Shown here: positions 33,773-46,916 of the stretch, in pieces
Numbering within the stretch: position 1 is the stretch's first letter
How the letters are laid out: each line of letters opens with the position of its first letter
Assembly (NCBI GenBank): GCA_021613535.1
Contig: CP075497.1
Span: 12,524,001 to 12,588,000, forward strand
Length of the DNA: 64,000 bases
Direction of reading: 5' to 3'
Source: Adineta vaga
Lineage: Eukaryota; Animalia; Rotifera
Made by a program: the position numbers and the translations under genes
Notes under the pieces: generated by a model
The model's database searches: none
Told to the model about the DNA's origin: nothing
Seen by the model: the letters and a program-made list of their open reading frames with translations, nothing else

Positions 33773-34584
33773 TCACTTTGTTAATTTGACTAAATCTTGT
33801 TCCAATTCAGTATATTTTTGTTTAAGTAATTCTAATTCATGTAAAATTTGTTGAATGTCAACCCAGGACGATGTTTCCCGGCTACGGATCCGCACGGAAC
33901 CTGCCGGAAATCACGCCTTTCCGAGGATATTCCGGACAGTTCCAGCTAGTTCCAAAAGGTTCCAACCGGAAAACCCAGGACAATGGAAGCAGTATTCCGA
34001 TCGGAATTTCTCGGACTGTTCCGGTGAATTCCAGTCGGAATTGTCGGAAAACGACTGGAACTTACTGGAAGTTAGTCAGAAGCGAGCGGGAAAATCCGAA
34101 AATATCTGGTTCGGAATCCTGCTTCCATGAAATTACCAGAATGTTCTGGTTCCGGCGGGATCCGGCTCGGATTTTTCGACCTGGGAATAGTAAGAACATT
34201 ATTCGTTATTTGAGTTTGATCAACGTGAACATCGATAGTTAATGCACTTGTTGTATTTACATAAAGATTATTCTTTGATACTAAATTAATAAGAAGATTT
34301 AATATTAATAAATTCAAAAAAAAGATATATTACGTTCTAATGGTATAGAATTCGAATAATTGACAGTTATTGTATCATTAATAATTGTCTCATTTGATAC
34401 TGGTGATGTTATAGGATGATTGTATTCTTCTTGTTCCATTAAACTAAAATCATCATTCTGCTACTTTTACAGAAGAAAGAAAACGAAATTCAATAAAATT
34501 GATTCATGTTTTTATTAAAAAATCTATAAATTAAACTTACATATTCATCGTCGGAAAAAAATTTGTATATTTGGGAATACGTAT
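33773..34584 (-). pseudogene. Pseudogene paralog of the 46494-46916 gene (start ATG>ATA, MITE in last exon)
   Basis: IRIPKYTNFFSDDEY|..DDFSLME..|..LTI[MITE]DIQQILHELELLKQK aligns with MCIPKYKNLFSDDEN|DDDLSLIE..|..LTIDLQQALHELELLKQQ. Confidence 0.75.
33862..34185. mobile_element. 324-bp MITE with CCCAGG termini and a 2-bp AA TSD (CMC/EnSpm-like)
   Basis: AA|CCCAGGACGA...TCGACCTGGG|AA, with a CCGGAA-rich interior. The empty site is visible in the paralog near 46580. Confidence 0.88.
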
Positions 34585-35172
34585 TTTTTATTTTGCTATT
34601 GCAAAACATTACTTATTTATACTTGTCATTTAGATGATACGTAACAATGAAACGAACCGTCGGTCAAACATAAAACAATCAGACAGATCTCTATTTCACT
34701 GTCGCAGCTGTCTGAGATATAAATTTGCAAATTGATCGATAGAAAATGAAACAAAGATGCAATGTTATCATCCGATATAAAAATACATTTATTATAATCT
34801 AAAGAGAATTATAGACAAGTGTTCTTTTATTTTACCAAATAGTGTTGAAAAAATCTATTGATATCAGAATATAATTCAAATGCACTATTGATGATTGAAG
34901 AATAATATTAGGGAAGATTTTGTGATCGAATGGATTAGGTTATTTCAACAGATCTATGTCAAAATTTTTTACCATTTGTAACTGGATGTTGTGAAAGACT
35001 TACAAATAATTTTTAATCAATCAATTTATACTTCAGTATGCTGTAATTGATATCGAAATAAACAATCAATAATTAAGAAAAAAAATTTAAATTAATGAAT
35101 ATCTTTTAAAGATTGTTTTTATTTTTATTTTTTCAAAAAGAAACAATCAAATTTGCTAATTATATTTATGTT

Positions 35173-35880
35173 TCAGTAAATTTTCTTGAATAGAAAGACG
35201 TTTATGAGCTTCTTTTTCTTTTTGTTGTGCAAGTTTATATTCGTCTTTAGCGCTTCATTGTACATTTGTTTTAGCTCTTTCAAGTCTAAAAGATAATATT
35301 TCATTTCATTTAGAATTATTCGTCTTTTAATATCTTGTGTCATACCTTGTAAATCTTTTTCACGTTCCAACTCTTTGATACTGTCGATTCCTTTTTGAAG
35401 TTCATTTTTCATGTGTTGATTGCAGCTGATGTAAAGTTGGCCGATCTTGATCGCGACCAAATTATTCGAATCATTTGGATTTGTCATCATCAACCTTAAA
35501 AAAGATAAGCTTTAAAACAAAAAATGAATTATCTTTACTGGAAATGATTAGATTGATCAAGAGAAAGATTTTCAGGTAATTCGTATGGTTCTACAAATAA
35601 TTGACCTTTGTATATGTCTTTACTAAAAAACAAATACTTTTTATTTATATCGATATTGAAATCTAATAATTACTTGATGAACCAAAACTTATTTGTACTA
35701 CTCAAAATCGACAAAAACTGTTCACAGTGACGTTGAGTGTCGAAAATGATATATATAATTCCAATTTGATTTTGGAGATGATCTACTGGAATATGTCATT
35801 TTTGAAATGTATCATTAGGAAATATATGATCAATCGATAAATCAGTTGGTAAATTTGATACTTTAATGGTTCTCTAACAA
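35173..35880 (-). other. Exon-like remains of an unidentified multi-exon gene
   Basis: A 106-aa terminal ORF preceded by short GT-AG-bounded segments. No recognisable domain. Confidence 0.3.
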
Positions 35881-36012
35881 GTATAAAAATAATTTAGAAC
35901 AAAACGTATTTTTATTCGAAAAGTATTACCAATGAAATGACAAGCAATTCTAAAGTCTTTTTGGATTTACTTTGATTTGATATAGGATGATTTGAAACAA
36001 CACTATCACTTG

Positions 36013-36112
36013 CAGAGATGTCCATGGCGGCGCTGCCGCGCCACTGCCGCGGTGGTGGTAGTTTATTTTTTCGACCGTCACGGCTGATTTTCAACCGCAA
36101 TGGACATCTCTG
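36013..36112. mobile_element. 100-bp hAT-like MITE
   Basis: 18-bp TIR CAGAGATGTCCATGGCGG / CCGCAATGGACATCTCTG (1 mismatch) with a GC-rich interior. No 8-bp TSD visible. Confidence 0.7.
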
Positions 36113-37891
36113 TTATAGATCTACTGGCATACTTTTCAAAGATAGTGTCTAGGTCAATCGAATCGATCAAATACGATATTTCGGATATAGTGTGCAAATT
36201 AACTAAATAAAAAGCGAACAAAAATTTCATTTCAGTATTTATTATAAAATTCAATAAATCAAACTGACGTACATTTCAATGAAATGAATTGAAATTTTTG
36301 AACTGCATTCTGTTGATCGATACGAAATTGAGATTCTCTGAAATATGCACAATACAACGTATATTCGTTAACAAAAAAAGCATTTATACATACGCTTGAA
36401 TACTTAAGATGACAGAATCATTATCAATATCGTAACCAAGAGCAACAAGTTTTGAACAATCGTTAAGAACCTCTAAAAAGTTATTCAACTGTAATATTAA
36501 GATAGTTCATAAAAGTACCTCGATAATTTTGTATCTTAAAATAACCTTTTATTCGATCAATAAGGAAAACGATCAAATTCTCTTTATCATCTGATGCAAT
36601 ATCTTTAATTGATTTTGTCAAGATCTATTAGTAGAAATTAATAGAAGTGTTTTTCAATTAATAATTGATACATACTTCGATTGCTTCAAAATGGTTTTTG
36701 TTCTGAATGGCTTTTATATATGTACCCAAGATATTTTTGTTTGTATGATCCATTGTATGTATCTAGTACAAACGTAAAATCAAATGAATTTTAGGAATGA
36801 AAATAATATGTGGTATAACGTCTAATTTATAGTATCATGATGAATTTTTATATTGATGTAATAGTTTCGGACGGGAAAATTCACAGTTACACTATTCCAC
36901 TACGATAATCTTTGTTCAACTAGTCATCGTCAGTCAAGTAGGTGACGAGTAAATTCGCGTTCTTTATATTATTATCGTTCGTCCGTTTGAAAAGATATAA
37001 TTCAGAACGAACGAAAAAAATTTGAATGTTCCTTCATAAATACAATGATAGGCTATGTCGGATAACTCGTTCTTGTTAGCTTGTGTTCGAGAGAGAAACG
37101 GACGAAACGAAAGAATAGAGAGAAAATAATGGATCGTTTACTAGCGATCCGTATAACAGTTCTATGATTGGATTATGTTACTAGAACTAATAGCAGGCTT
37201 GCCAAATGAAAATTTTAGATACTCAACTCAAGAGCGTTTATATAATTTTAACGATACAAGTTACGCCCATCTAAAGACTTGCTCAAGTTTTTCTAGTAGA
37301 TTCCATGTTCTACACTGTGAAAAGAGGTGGAGAATTATCAACGGTGAAATTGTTTTTGATGTCCTAATAAACGAAAAAAAAAGTTTATCAATTTGCAACG
37401 TATGACAAACCCTTTTATAGCCATATTTGAAGAGAGCATAAACCCTTTTTTCACTGTACACTGTTACTGAGTTTTTCATTTATCTAGTTTGCAAAAAAAT
37501 GACCTTGTATTCGACCTCCACGACTCCAACTATTCGTCGGTGAACTCTTATCAAAAATTGTTGCATTTTTTGTAGTAGGAAACATGTTTCTTTGTTCGAA
37601 ACAATACAACCTATTCTTTTTTAAACTATTGTTAAATTCAAATTTACTATCATTGATTTTCTTTTAGTCAAGGGTAATATTACAGAACAAAGAAATCTGA
37701 TGTTGAGAGTAAGAGTGTGAATGTAAATATTTTCAGCATATCCACAGTCAGAATCTCAAGTATTCAATTATGGTACGAAGAATAATCAGGTTTTATTGAT
37801 ACCGAACAAATTGGATGTGGGTATGAGTGAGGGTGAGAGTCGAAGCAATACTTTCACCTACATGTACATTCACACCATCAAGATGATTTAT

Positions 37892-38230
37892 TTATTTATT
37901 CAAATGTCGAATAATAACAATCATTCGACAACCAACATGTTGATCAGCTTGATAAGGTCCATGTTTCATCTGAGGATTTCTCCATGCATGATATCCTTTA
38001 CCAAATGTTTCTCCAAGTGAAAGATCAGTTATTGAACCATCAAGAATATAAACTTCTTCATGATATGTATGAGTAATAATATCATTACCAGTTTTAAAAC
38101 TTGGTGGCCATGTTTGAATACTTGTTTGAGGCGATAATTGTGTAGTAGAAATTTTAGTAGAATTATGTAACGGAAATGAAGGAAGATCAGGTTGGTAAAA
38201 TTCACGATTCTCCATAAAATTATCTTCCAT
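37892..38230 (-). CDS. ChrR-like cupin protein, intronless
   Basis: HTYHEEVYILDGSITD..TFGKGYHAWRNPQMKHGPY..GC contains cupin motifs 1 and 2, as in microbial ChrR/Cupin_7 proteins. Confidence 0.75.
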   Translation of the reverse strand: MEDNFMENREFYQPDLPSFPLHNSTKISTTQLSPQTSIQTWPPSFKTGNDIITHTYHEEVYILDGSITDLSLGETFGKGYHAWRNPQMKHGPYQADQHVGCRMIVIIRHLNK

Positions 38231-38666
38231 ATTTTTTACTTTGATAATATCTTACAATAAAGAAGGTATGCTATTTTCATGCAATATTTATCATTCATGG
38301 TCGTTTAGTAGAAGTAAATAGAAAGATAAGCGACAATGTCATCTAAAGATTGTGTGCCATTATATACTACTCATCGCAAAATACTCGTATATTTTGATTC
38401 ATCTTCAGGATGTTTTCGATAGATTTATGTTTTAAATATTTATAAATGACAAGAGTAAAATCGCTACAAGATAAATATTATTATTTCCAATTGAAAACTC
38501 TCACATTCTATTTGATATCATATTTTGACTATGTACAAACCTTAATACTATTTAACTTTCGATCATGAAAACATATTAGCAGATCACTATCGTTTTTCTA
38601 TACTTTTGAATATAAAATAAATATAGGTGCTTATTTGATATATAAATATTTATTCATAGGATGACA

Positions 38667-38924
38667 TTATGTAAAATTAAAAGTTAATGAACGAAGTCGA
38701 ACTTGTTGACCATGTTCAGAACAATTAATTTCAGGAGGTTCAAGCATTGTATTTCCATATACTGTTGCATCATTCGTCGTATTCATAGTCCAATGATTTG
38801 TACTTGGCGTATAAGTATAAGAAACAATATCTTTTTCACAACTCGGACATTTATATAACCATAATTGTGTTTCAACTGGAATTAAACCACCAGAACTTGT
38901 TGTAATTTGATGAATATTTGTCAT
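38667..38924 (-). CDS. 85-aa hypothetical protein, possible CxxC...CxxH zinc ribbon
   Basis: Clean ATG-TAA ORF with host-like codon use; YKCPSCEK...INCSEHG. Confidence 0.5.
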   Translation of the reverse strand: MTNIHQITTSSGGLIPVETQLWLYKCPSCEKDIVSYTYTPSTNHWTMNTTNDATVYGNTMLEPPEINCSEHGQQVRLRSLTFNFT

Positions 38925-39914
38925 TGAAGAATTTTAACTAAAATACAACGAAAAACGTCATTGTCTTTATCGTTTTCTCCAAAAGAAATTTATCTTTGAA
39001 ATAACGAAAACGAAATTTATCTATACAACGAATATATATCTTAGTTTGTTATGCATGAATAAAAATGTAGTCATGTGTTTTAATGATAATTTGATCTATA
39101 TTCATATGACACATTTGAGAGTATGTGAATATGTGTTTCTTGAGTGACTAATTGTTCTAGCCGTGCTTTGATCATATTTAATGATATTCGAGTGATAGAT
39201 GAGAAGGTCCATAAATGCTCTGTTTATCTGATATATTCAACCACATCCGTATCCTAAAAGTGACCTTCTGATTAATAATAACTACTTGTTTCCAATCAGA
39301 TTTTATTGATTATTCTATGAAACAAAGTTCTACTAAGTATATTGAAAAAAAAATGAAGATAACAGAATCACATAGCAATAATATTTTCCTCTCTGATCAT
39401 GAATGTGCCAGAAGAAGCATTTATTCAGCATCAGAACTCTCAGAAAAAAAGAGAAAATATGAGAAGATACTAGAATGCATCGAAGCATATATCAAAACAT
39501 AAGTATTTGATCGTTCAAGTGCTCGAAATGTTATTGATTTCTACTATCCTCATTCCAACAGAACATAAAAACAAAATCGACTCTTATCTTTTCTTCAAGA
39601 ATTATCACTCTTTTATTTTATAGTTACAACATGTAGTATTGAACATGAAAGTTGATTCTATTACTATCTTATTTGGATAGCTGAAATCAAAGAAGGAACT
39701 TTGAAAAGAATATGATTATTATTGTCTTTTCGTTTTGTCTTGGTTGATGTTTATGTTCTTACACCAATCTGTCAATGTCATTTTAGTGAAAAGAAACGAA
39801 GAAAAAAAAACAAATATTTTTTTCTTCGTTCTATTGATTTAATGTTTGTCCTTGACAATAAGCATTTGACAGAATCATTCATGTAACTTTTGTTTTTAAA
39901 TATACAAATTTCCA

Positions 39915-42900
39915 ATGGTTTTGAAGAGTATTGTTCGTTATATAATAAATAATTATTTGAAAGATTATATTGAAAAATTAGATGATGAAAGATTAAAACT
40001 TGATTTTAGACATGGTATGATATGATTTGGTTTGATTTTCTAACATTTTCATTCATTTTAATTTAAGGTAATGTTTCATTAGAAAATCTTCATTTAAAAC
40101 CAGAAGCTTTGGTAAATCAAATTCACTTGTTGTTTTTTCATTGAATGAAAAATTTCATTCATTTAGATTGGATTTGGAATTCCTGTGACAGTTGTCGTCG
40201 GTTTTATTGGTAAAATTGATTTCTTTAATCGAATTATACTTTGTTTTTTTGATTATTTGATAGAAAAGTTATCTATCGTCATACCATGGAAAAATCTTCA
40301 TTCAAATCCAACAAAAATTTATCTAGATGGTTTATATATGTTAATTGTACCGAAAAATGGTATGTAGATTTCATTGTTTGATGAAAATGATAATTCTTGT
40401 GTTACTTTTTAGAGGTTCGTCAAGATTTACGTGAATATCATGAAGAAAAAATGAAAAAAGTCGAAAGAAAATTGGATAATCTTCGAAAAGCAACATCAGG
40501 TTAGAAAATTTCTTCAAATGGAAATAAAATTCAATGTTTTTGTTTTGTTTTCGTAGATGAAACTAAATTTGAAGAAAAAGAAAAAAGTTTTTTTGAACGA
40601 ATGAAAATTCAAATGATGCAAAATCTTGAATTAAACTTAAAAAATCTTCATATTTGTTATGAAACAATCTCAACAACAAAATTAGGACATCCGTTTTCAT
40701 TTGGATTTACAATTTATTCTTTACAATTACATGTAAATCTTCTTTATATTCTTTTCAAGAGATTTTCTTCGTTTTAAAACAAAAAACTGATTCATTTAGT
40801 CATCAACAAATTCTGAACAAATTGGAAAAATAAAAGAACATTCATTAATTATTTTTAAGGTTTTTTATTTCTTTTTGAAATCATTGAATTTTATATCGAT
40901 ATTTTATAGTTAAATGAAATGAATAATTTATCAATTTATTGGAATACAAATTGTCAATCAAGAATTCATATTCCATTTCAATCTGTTATTGTTTGTATTT
41001 CAAATATTTTTATTAAATTAAATCAATTGAAATTTATTTAGGAAGATTTAAAATCGAAAATAGCTCGAGATGATTATAAACCTAAAACACGTGAAATGAA
41101 TTATGGTTTGTTGTAAAATTTCTTCAATTAATTTTTTTCTCGTTGTTTTTTTTTCTGTCAATAGTTTTTCATCCAACAAATTTAAGATTTCAATTAGAAA
41201 TGACAATGAAATTAACAGAATTTAATTTTGAAAAAGCAATTATTAAAATCGATTTCAAAATTGAAGAAATGAATTTCGAAATTGATCCAAAACAATTTTC
41301 TGATTTATTAGATTTTGTTAAATTTCAAAATTATTCCATTTTCTATGGTAAATTTTCTTTGAAAAAAATTTTATTTTATTCTTTTTGGTTTTCAAAGATC
41401 GATGCCGAGAATATCGACAATTAGTTCTGAAAGAATATCTTTCAAATTCTACACTAATACAAGAAGAAAAAGATCGAATTTATGTAAGAACTTTCATCTT
41501 TAATAAATTAATTTGCTTTTCTTTTAAAAGATTTTGGAATCCAAATTAGATGCTTATACAATGGCATATATTAAACATTCAATTGAATTAGAAGTAAATA
41601 AAACATTTACTAAATGTCTCGTTATTGAGAGAACCATTCCTGAGGGGGATACAGGGATTTTTCACAAAAAATATTTTCTTCTCAAAATTATTAAAAACAT
41701 ACATAAATCGATTCACTCTTTAACGCTGCTTTCGAATTTGATATTAGTTTTGAACAAAACCATAGGTTTCTATCGAAATTTTGCTTGAAAAGAGTCTCAA
41801 AATGCGTAAAAACTACATCCAGAAATTAGGTTGCCTAGATATATCTCAAATAATCAGTAGTTTTAGTGTTTCCTAAATGCTAATGTATGCTTCTTATAGA
41901 TTTATAAAGTTGCTGATGACTGTATTCCTGATAGAGTCAAACACAAAAATTCATTGAAAAGATTTTTCATGATAATTTTGATGCGTAGACATTCCATCAT
42001 GACTCATTTTTCTAATACACTTTTTGAATATTCTATAGTTTAATCAATCGTCAAATAAAAAATATTCCTGGTGGAATTGGTGGTGGAATGGAAATGATAA
42101 TTCGAATTCTTTAGTTGAAACTGAAATAAATCATGAAGAAGTAAATTGTTTAAATTGTTTTAAATTAAAAAATACTTTGAAGATTTTAGTTATTCAATAC
42201 GGATGTTAATATTAAAATAAATAAACTTGGATTTAATTTATTATTTTCAAGAAGAAAAAGAAAGTAATGAGAAAATTATTGATTTAATTAGATTTTAAAA
42301 ATAAATTTAGATTAAATCAAACGAACGAAATCATAAGTGAAATTTCAATTAAAAATACTCAAATTAATTATAAACGTCGAACAATTTCATCGAGTATCTT
42401 GTAAAAACGAAAATAAGATAAATTTTTTCTTGATTTTTTCCATTTTTTAGATTTGTTCTTAATTTGGGATATTTTCAAATCTATGGTTTAAAATCTCTTG
42501 ATCATTCTCGTCCATTAATGTTAACATCATCAACAAAATCATTAAATTCTTTAATTCATATTGAATTAGAATTAGCTCCAATTGATAAAAAATCTGATTA
42601 TCGATTTTTCTTATCAATTCAACCATTAACGATTATTTATCATTCGGTTTTTTTATATTTATTGAAAAATCTTTTCTTTGAAAAATAATGTCATTTTTCT
42701 AGGAAACAATTAATGAAATTGTCGATAATTTTGAACCAATTCGTGAAGATTATTTTCCTTTTATTAGCCCAAAGTTTGTCAAAAAGTTTCATCAAAGATT
42801 TCATTTAATTTCGAACATTTAGAATCAAACAAAGAACATCTGAAGAAATGAAAAATGATTTATTAAATAAGAAAATCTTCGATATGACAATTCAAATTCA

Positions 42901-43948
42901 AGGTCTATCACTTTTATCACCTGAACATGGAATCTATACTCAGTTTGTTTTCTTCTCTTTCGAATTTCAATACATTTTTTATTCTTTTCTTAGAGATTCA
43001 AAACTAATTCTTATTCAATTTAACAATTTTCTCATAAAATCATCATTAAAAAACGACAAAGATGATTTCTTTCATGTAAATATTTGTCTCATCTTTGATC
43101 TTCACATATTCTCTGAATTTCATAGGGAAATCTTGATGAAAGAAAATATTATATGAAATATAATTTAATATTAAATAATTTAAGAATTATTTATTTAAGA
43201 CCAAGTATTTAATTTGGATTTTATTTTCAAGAATAATATTGATTTTCTTAGATAAAGAGCGAATTGACCTATTAAAATCAATTCCAATACTAAAAACCGA
43301 TTTTTATAAATGTGTTTATTCCGATGAAAAGAATTTAATTCAGTAAGATTTCTTTAAAAACAAAATCTATTGAAAATCTTCGATAAAATTTAGTTGGAAA
43401 ATTGATTTTCAAATTAATGAAATGAATCAAATCGAATTAACAAAGAAAATTTTAAATAAATTACAAAATCATCTTCGATCAATTCCATTATTTTATTCCT
43501 CAATGACACAAACAATTCATCGATTTAATCTTTTTTGTAAAAATCTTTCTTTTCTTCTTTGTACAAAATTAATTCAAATTCAATTTTAGTTAAAATATTT
43601 TCTCCATATTCAACAATTCATTGTGAAATTTCTATTCGAAATTCTTCTTTAATAATAACAAATTCACGAAAATCCATTCAAACAGGTTTGATACTTTTTT
43701 CTTTCTTTGATTTCTTTATTATTTGACTTTTCCATAGATATTTACGGTCATATATTGAGAACAAGATTAGATGAAGATCAATTGATTAATTCAATTGAAG
43801 TTTTATTAAAAAATGTAAACATGACACTGTCAAATCAGTAAGAAATTCTTGTGATTTTATTTCATCTAAACCTTTCGTTTTTTGTTGTAGACTAAATCGA
43901 TCATTTTACGAAAATGATTCTATTCAATTAATGTATTCTGATCTTTGA
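39915..43948 (+). CDS. Shortened VPS13-like protein (chorein-N plus part of the lipid-transfer rod), many small exons
   Basis: MVLKSIVRYIINNYLKDYIEKLD..G|NVSLENLHLKPEAL|..PVTVVVGFI|EKLSIVIPWKNLHSNPTKIYLDGLY; NLELNLKNLHICYE..HPFSFGFTI; NNLSIYWN; WWNWWW; ELAPIDKKSDYR..QPLTIIY. Last exon ends YSDL* at 43948. Confidence 0.72.
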
Positions 43949-44207
43949 TTTAATTAATAAAATTGTTTACTATTTCTAACTGATTATATCCTCTTCGCTT
44001 AGAAGAACGTTTATTTCGACTTTTGAAGTTTTTGGATATCCAACATTTAAAAATCTAAAGTACGATCAACAATATGAAATAATGAGTTTTATTAGAGCTT
44101 TAACAACAGATCTTGAGGGTGTGAGTGTGTGTGTGGTATATTTATTACAATTGATTCATTAAAATAAGAAATTAAAAGTGTTTAGAAAAACGTGGATAAT
44201 AAATATT

Positions 44208-45983
44208 TTAGTTAGACAATGTTTTGTTCGATTTTTGAATAAAGTATATGTCATATTTCGATGATGTTATCTCAGGTTGATCTTTATGTCGTCTGAGCTT
44301 TAGTGCATGACAAATGGCATTACACATATGTGTTTGAAAGAATCGTTTGATTCCTGGTTTACCTAAATTTGTACGTCCAAATCTCATTAAATCTGTTGAA
44401 TGAATACATGGATCTGTTAATAAATACGTTTGATTATCTCCAATATCAATTCCTTGTAAATCCACGACGATCATATTACCATCTGTTCGTTCATTCGTCC
44501 AATGTGAGAATGCTTGTAATGTGAATGCTGGATCATCAAGATTAATATAACCAGCATTGTTTGAAAATTTCTTATAAGAACCTTCGATATAACGTTCCAT
44601 GGTCAAATTACGATGTTTTCCATCGTCTGAGCGATCAAAAACTAATTTTAACATAATAAATTTAATTTTTTTAACGATTATTAAATTTTTTATCGAAGGT
44701 AAATTATTAAATTGTTGAGCAAGATAATCAGCAATTGTTTGACAATCTAATATTTCTAAATATTTATCTTTAATATTTGCTCTCTTATCAATCTGTTTGT
44801 ATTCTTTAAGAACAACTTTTTCATGTCTATCTTTGTATTCCATTAAACCATAATAAGCTAAACGCATCCCACCTTCTGCAAAAGGTTTCGCAGCAATTTT
44901 AATATTCCATTGTTGATTCACTTCAACACATTTTAATTGATCATTACATTCATATTTGACGACTCGCACTCTCCTCGTCTGTATCATTGACCAAATTGGT
45001 TCTTTTTCCTCAAAATCTACGGTACGAAGAGTTTTAATTTTGACTGAATTAGGTGAAAGATTTTTTAATAATGATGATGTTGTATTTGAGATCGATCGTG
45101 AAACAGTTTCAACAATAAATGGTAATAAATTTGTAAATTTGTCTACATCAATTTGTTCAATTGTCATTCGCTCTTCTGCATATTTTAGAAATTGTTCAAT
45201 CATTTTATCCGTATGAGATTTTAACCGTCCAAAGAAATATGCAATTTGTAACTCAACCAGTTCTTGAATCAGACTATATCCAATAGATCCATCCGTATCG
45301 TGTGTTAGATAATAATCTTTTCTTTCTGACAAATCATGATAACGCCTTCCATGTGATGGAGCATCCGCGACATGAATTAAAATGCGTACTGGTTGTTTCC
45401 AATTAAGATTTATTGTTCTCTGTAAACCACCAAGAACATCTTCGCAATAATCACCACCATTTTCACATTCAATCATGGAAACAAATGAATGAAACGTGTC
45501 TTTATCAGTAAAATCCAAAATGCTAAATTGTTTATCTTGCGGTAAATTTAAATCTCGATATCCAACAAATGCTAAACGTATGTTGAGATGTGAAAAACGA
45601 GTTTTTAAAACATCAATTGTTTTAAATATATGATTTTTCACATCATCAATATATTTTCTCATACTATTCGTACAATCCATCAGGAAGCATAAATCTACTG
45701 ATTCAGCTTTTTCCAATGCCTTCATAACTTCATTAATTTCTTTCGTACGTTTCATAACAAAATTCAAATGTTGCTCTGCCTCTATTTGTTTTTGTCCAGT
45801 GAAAGCCAGTCGATCGTAGCTTTCCTTTTGTAATTGATCTGCTTGCTGTTGTATTTGTTCAAGGCGAAGATTTCCACTAATATTTTCTTTCTGCGTACGT
45901 TCAATTTCATCTAACTGACGACGAAGTGCAGCTACATCCAGAGTAGTTGCTGCACGTTGTAGATTATTATTTCTAAAAGCCAT
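44208..45983 (-). CDS. vWA + alpha-kinase protein (VwkA-like), copy 1, intronless
   Basis: N-terminal coiled coil; vWA DLCFLMDCTNSM (MIDAS), GGDYCEDV, ADAPSHG; alpha-kinase PFAEGGMRLAY, VVLKEY, FSNNAG, QAFSHWT, VVDLQG, LTDPCIH, TNLGKPG, HMCNAIC. Confidence 0.93.
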   Translation of the reverse strand: MAFRNNNLQRAATTLDVAALRRQLDEIERTQKENISGNLRLEQIQQQADQLQKESYDRLAFTGQKQIEAEQHLNFVMKRTKEINEVMKALEKAESVDLCFLMDCTNSMRKYIDDVKNHIFKTIDVLKTRFSHLNIRLAFVGYRDLNLPQDKQFSILDFTDKDTFHSFVSMIECENGGDYCEDVLGGLQRTINLNWKQPVRILIHVADAPSHGRRYHDLSERKDYYLTHDTDGSIGYSLIQELVELQIAYFFGRLKSHTDKMIEQFLKYAEERMTIEQIDVDKFTNLLPFIVETVSRSISNTTSSLLKNLSPNSVKIKTLRTVDFEEKEPIWSMIQTRRVRVVKYECNDQLKCVEVNQQWNIKIAAKPFAEGGMRLAYYGLMEYKDRHEKVVLKEYKQIDKRANIKDKYLEILDCQTIADYLAQQFNNLPSIKNLIIVKKIKFIMLKLVFDRSDDGKHRNLTMERYIEGSYKKFSNNAGYINLDDPAFTLQAFSHWTNERTDGNMIVVDLQGIDIGDNQTYLLTDPCIHSTDLMRFGRTNLGKPGIKRFFQTHMCNAICHALKLRRHKDQPEITSSKYDIYFIQKSNKTLSN

Positions 45984-46493
45984 TTATCACGACGAAAAAT
46001 CGAATATCTTGTAAAATTTTGTACAAATATTATTTTTTATCAACTTATATAGACTTTTCAAATATAGTAGATATGTTTAAAGAATTGCATATTGAGAAAA
46101 AACCCAGACGTCGATAAGTAACTGTTATTTACATGAATTTTCTCTTTTCTTTTACAAACAGCGGAGGGAGTAGTGACAATATGAAAGAAGTCTGAGATGA
46201 TGACGCATAGTTTTACTTTCATGTCCATCCATGTGCGTTGTAAATGTTTACGTATTCATGGTAGACAAGAACTTTTAGAATAGAGTCAATTTGCTGTAAA
46301 GTAAAACTACTGACAATAAGCGGTTGTGTATCATATATGCACAGATCATTCTGTGACGAGAAAATATTTTGTTATTTTTTACTCTAAGTAAACATACACG
46401 AGTATTCAACCAAAAAAATGATTATATTTATTAAGAAAAAAGAAAAACTAATCGTATCATTTTTTTACTCTTATATTTAACAGAAACAACGTT

Positions 46494-46916
46494 TTATCTG
46501 TTGTTTAATTCTATCATGTTTTGTATCATTTGAGAAAATTGTTGTTTAAGTAATTCTAATTCATGTAAAGCTTGTTGAAGATCAATAGTCAAGTTATTAT
46601 TATTATTATCATGATTGGATGCTAAATTAATAATAAAACATAATATTGATAAATAAATAGATAAAAAAAAAAGAGTTTTTACTTTCTATTTGCACATCAA
46701 CAGAACTATATATTATTGTTGTAACATTGATGATCGTATTGTTTGATGGTACTATCATTGTTGTATTAATCTCTTCTTCGATTAAACTAAGATCATCATC
46801 CTAATATAGATTAAAAAAATAAACTCTGATTATCTTATGTTATTGTTCAACGATATTTAGATAAAACTTACATTTTCATCATCTGAAAAAAGATTCTTAT
46901 ATTTTGGAATACACAT
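46494..46916 (-). CDS. Small (about 100 aa) 3-exon protein with a C-terminal coiled coil
   Basis: MCIPKYKNLFSDDEN|DDDLSLIEEE...VQIE|TSNHD...DLQQALHELELLKQQFSQM...NNR*. Exon structure is conserved with the paralog at 33.8-34.6 kb. Confidence 0.68.

Noticed and set aside
33855-34317. Three overlapping ORFs of 81-123 aa
   Set aside because: They arise from the GC-rich MITE and the pseudogene exon it interrupts.
36900-37560. Transposon-like scraps (short inverted repeats, GGATCG..CGATCC hairpin); similar patches at ~32.0-33.3 kb, ~41.6-42.0 kb and ~49.3-49.6 kb
   Set aside because: No paired termini, TSD or transposase could be defined.
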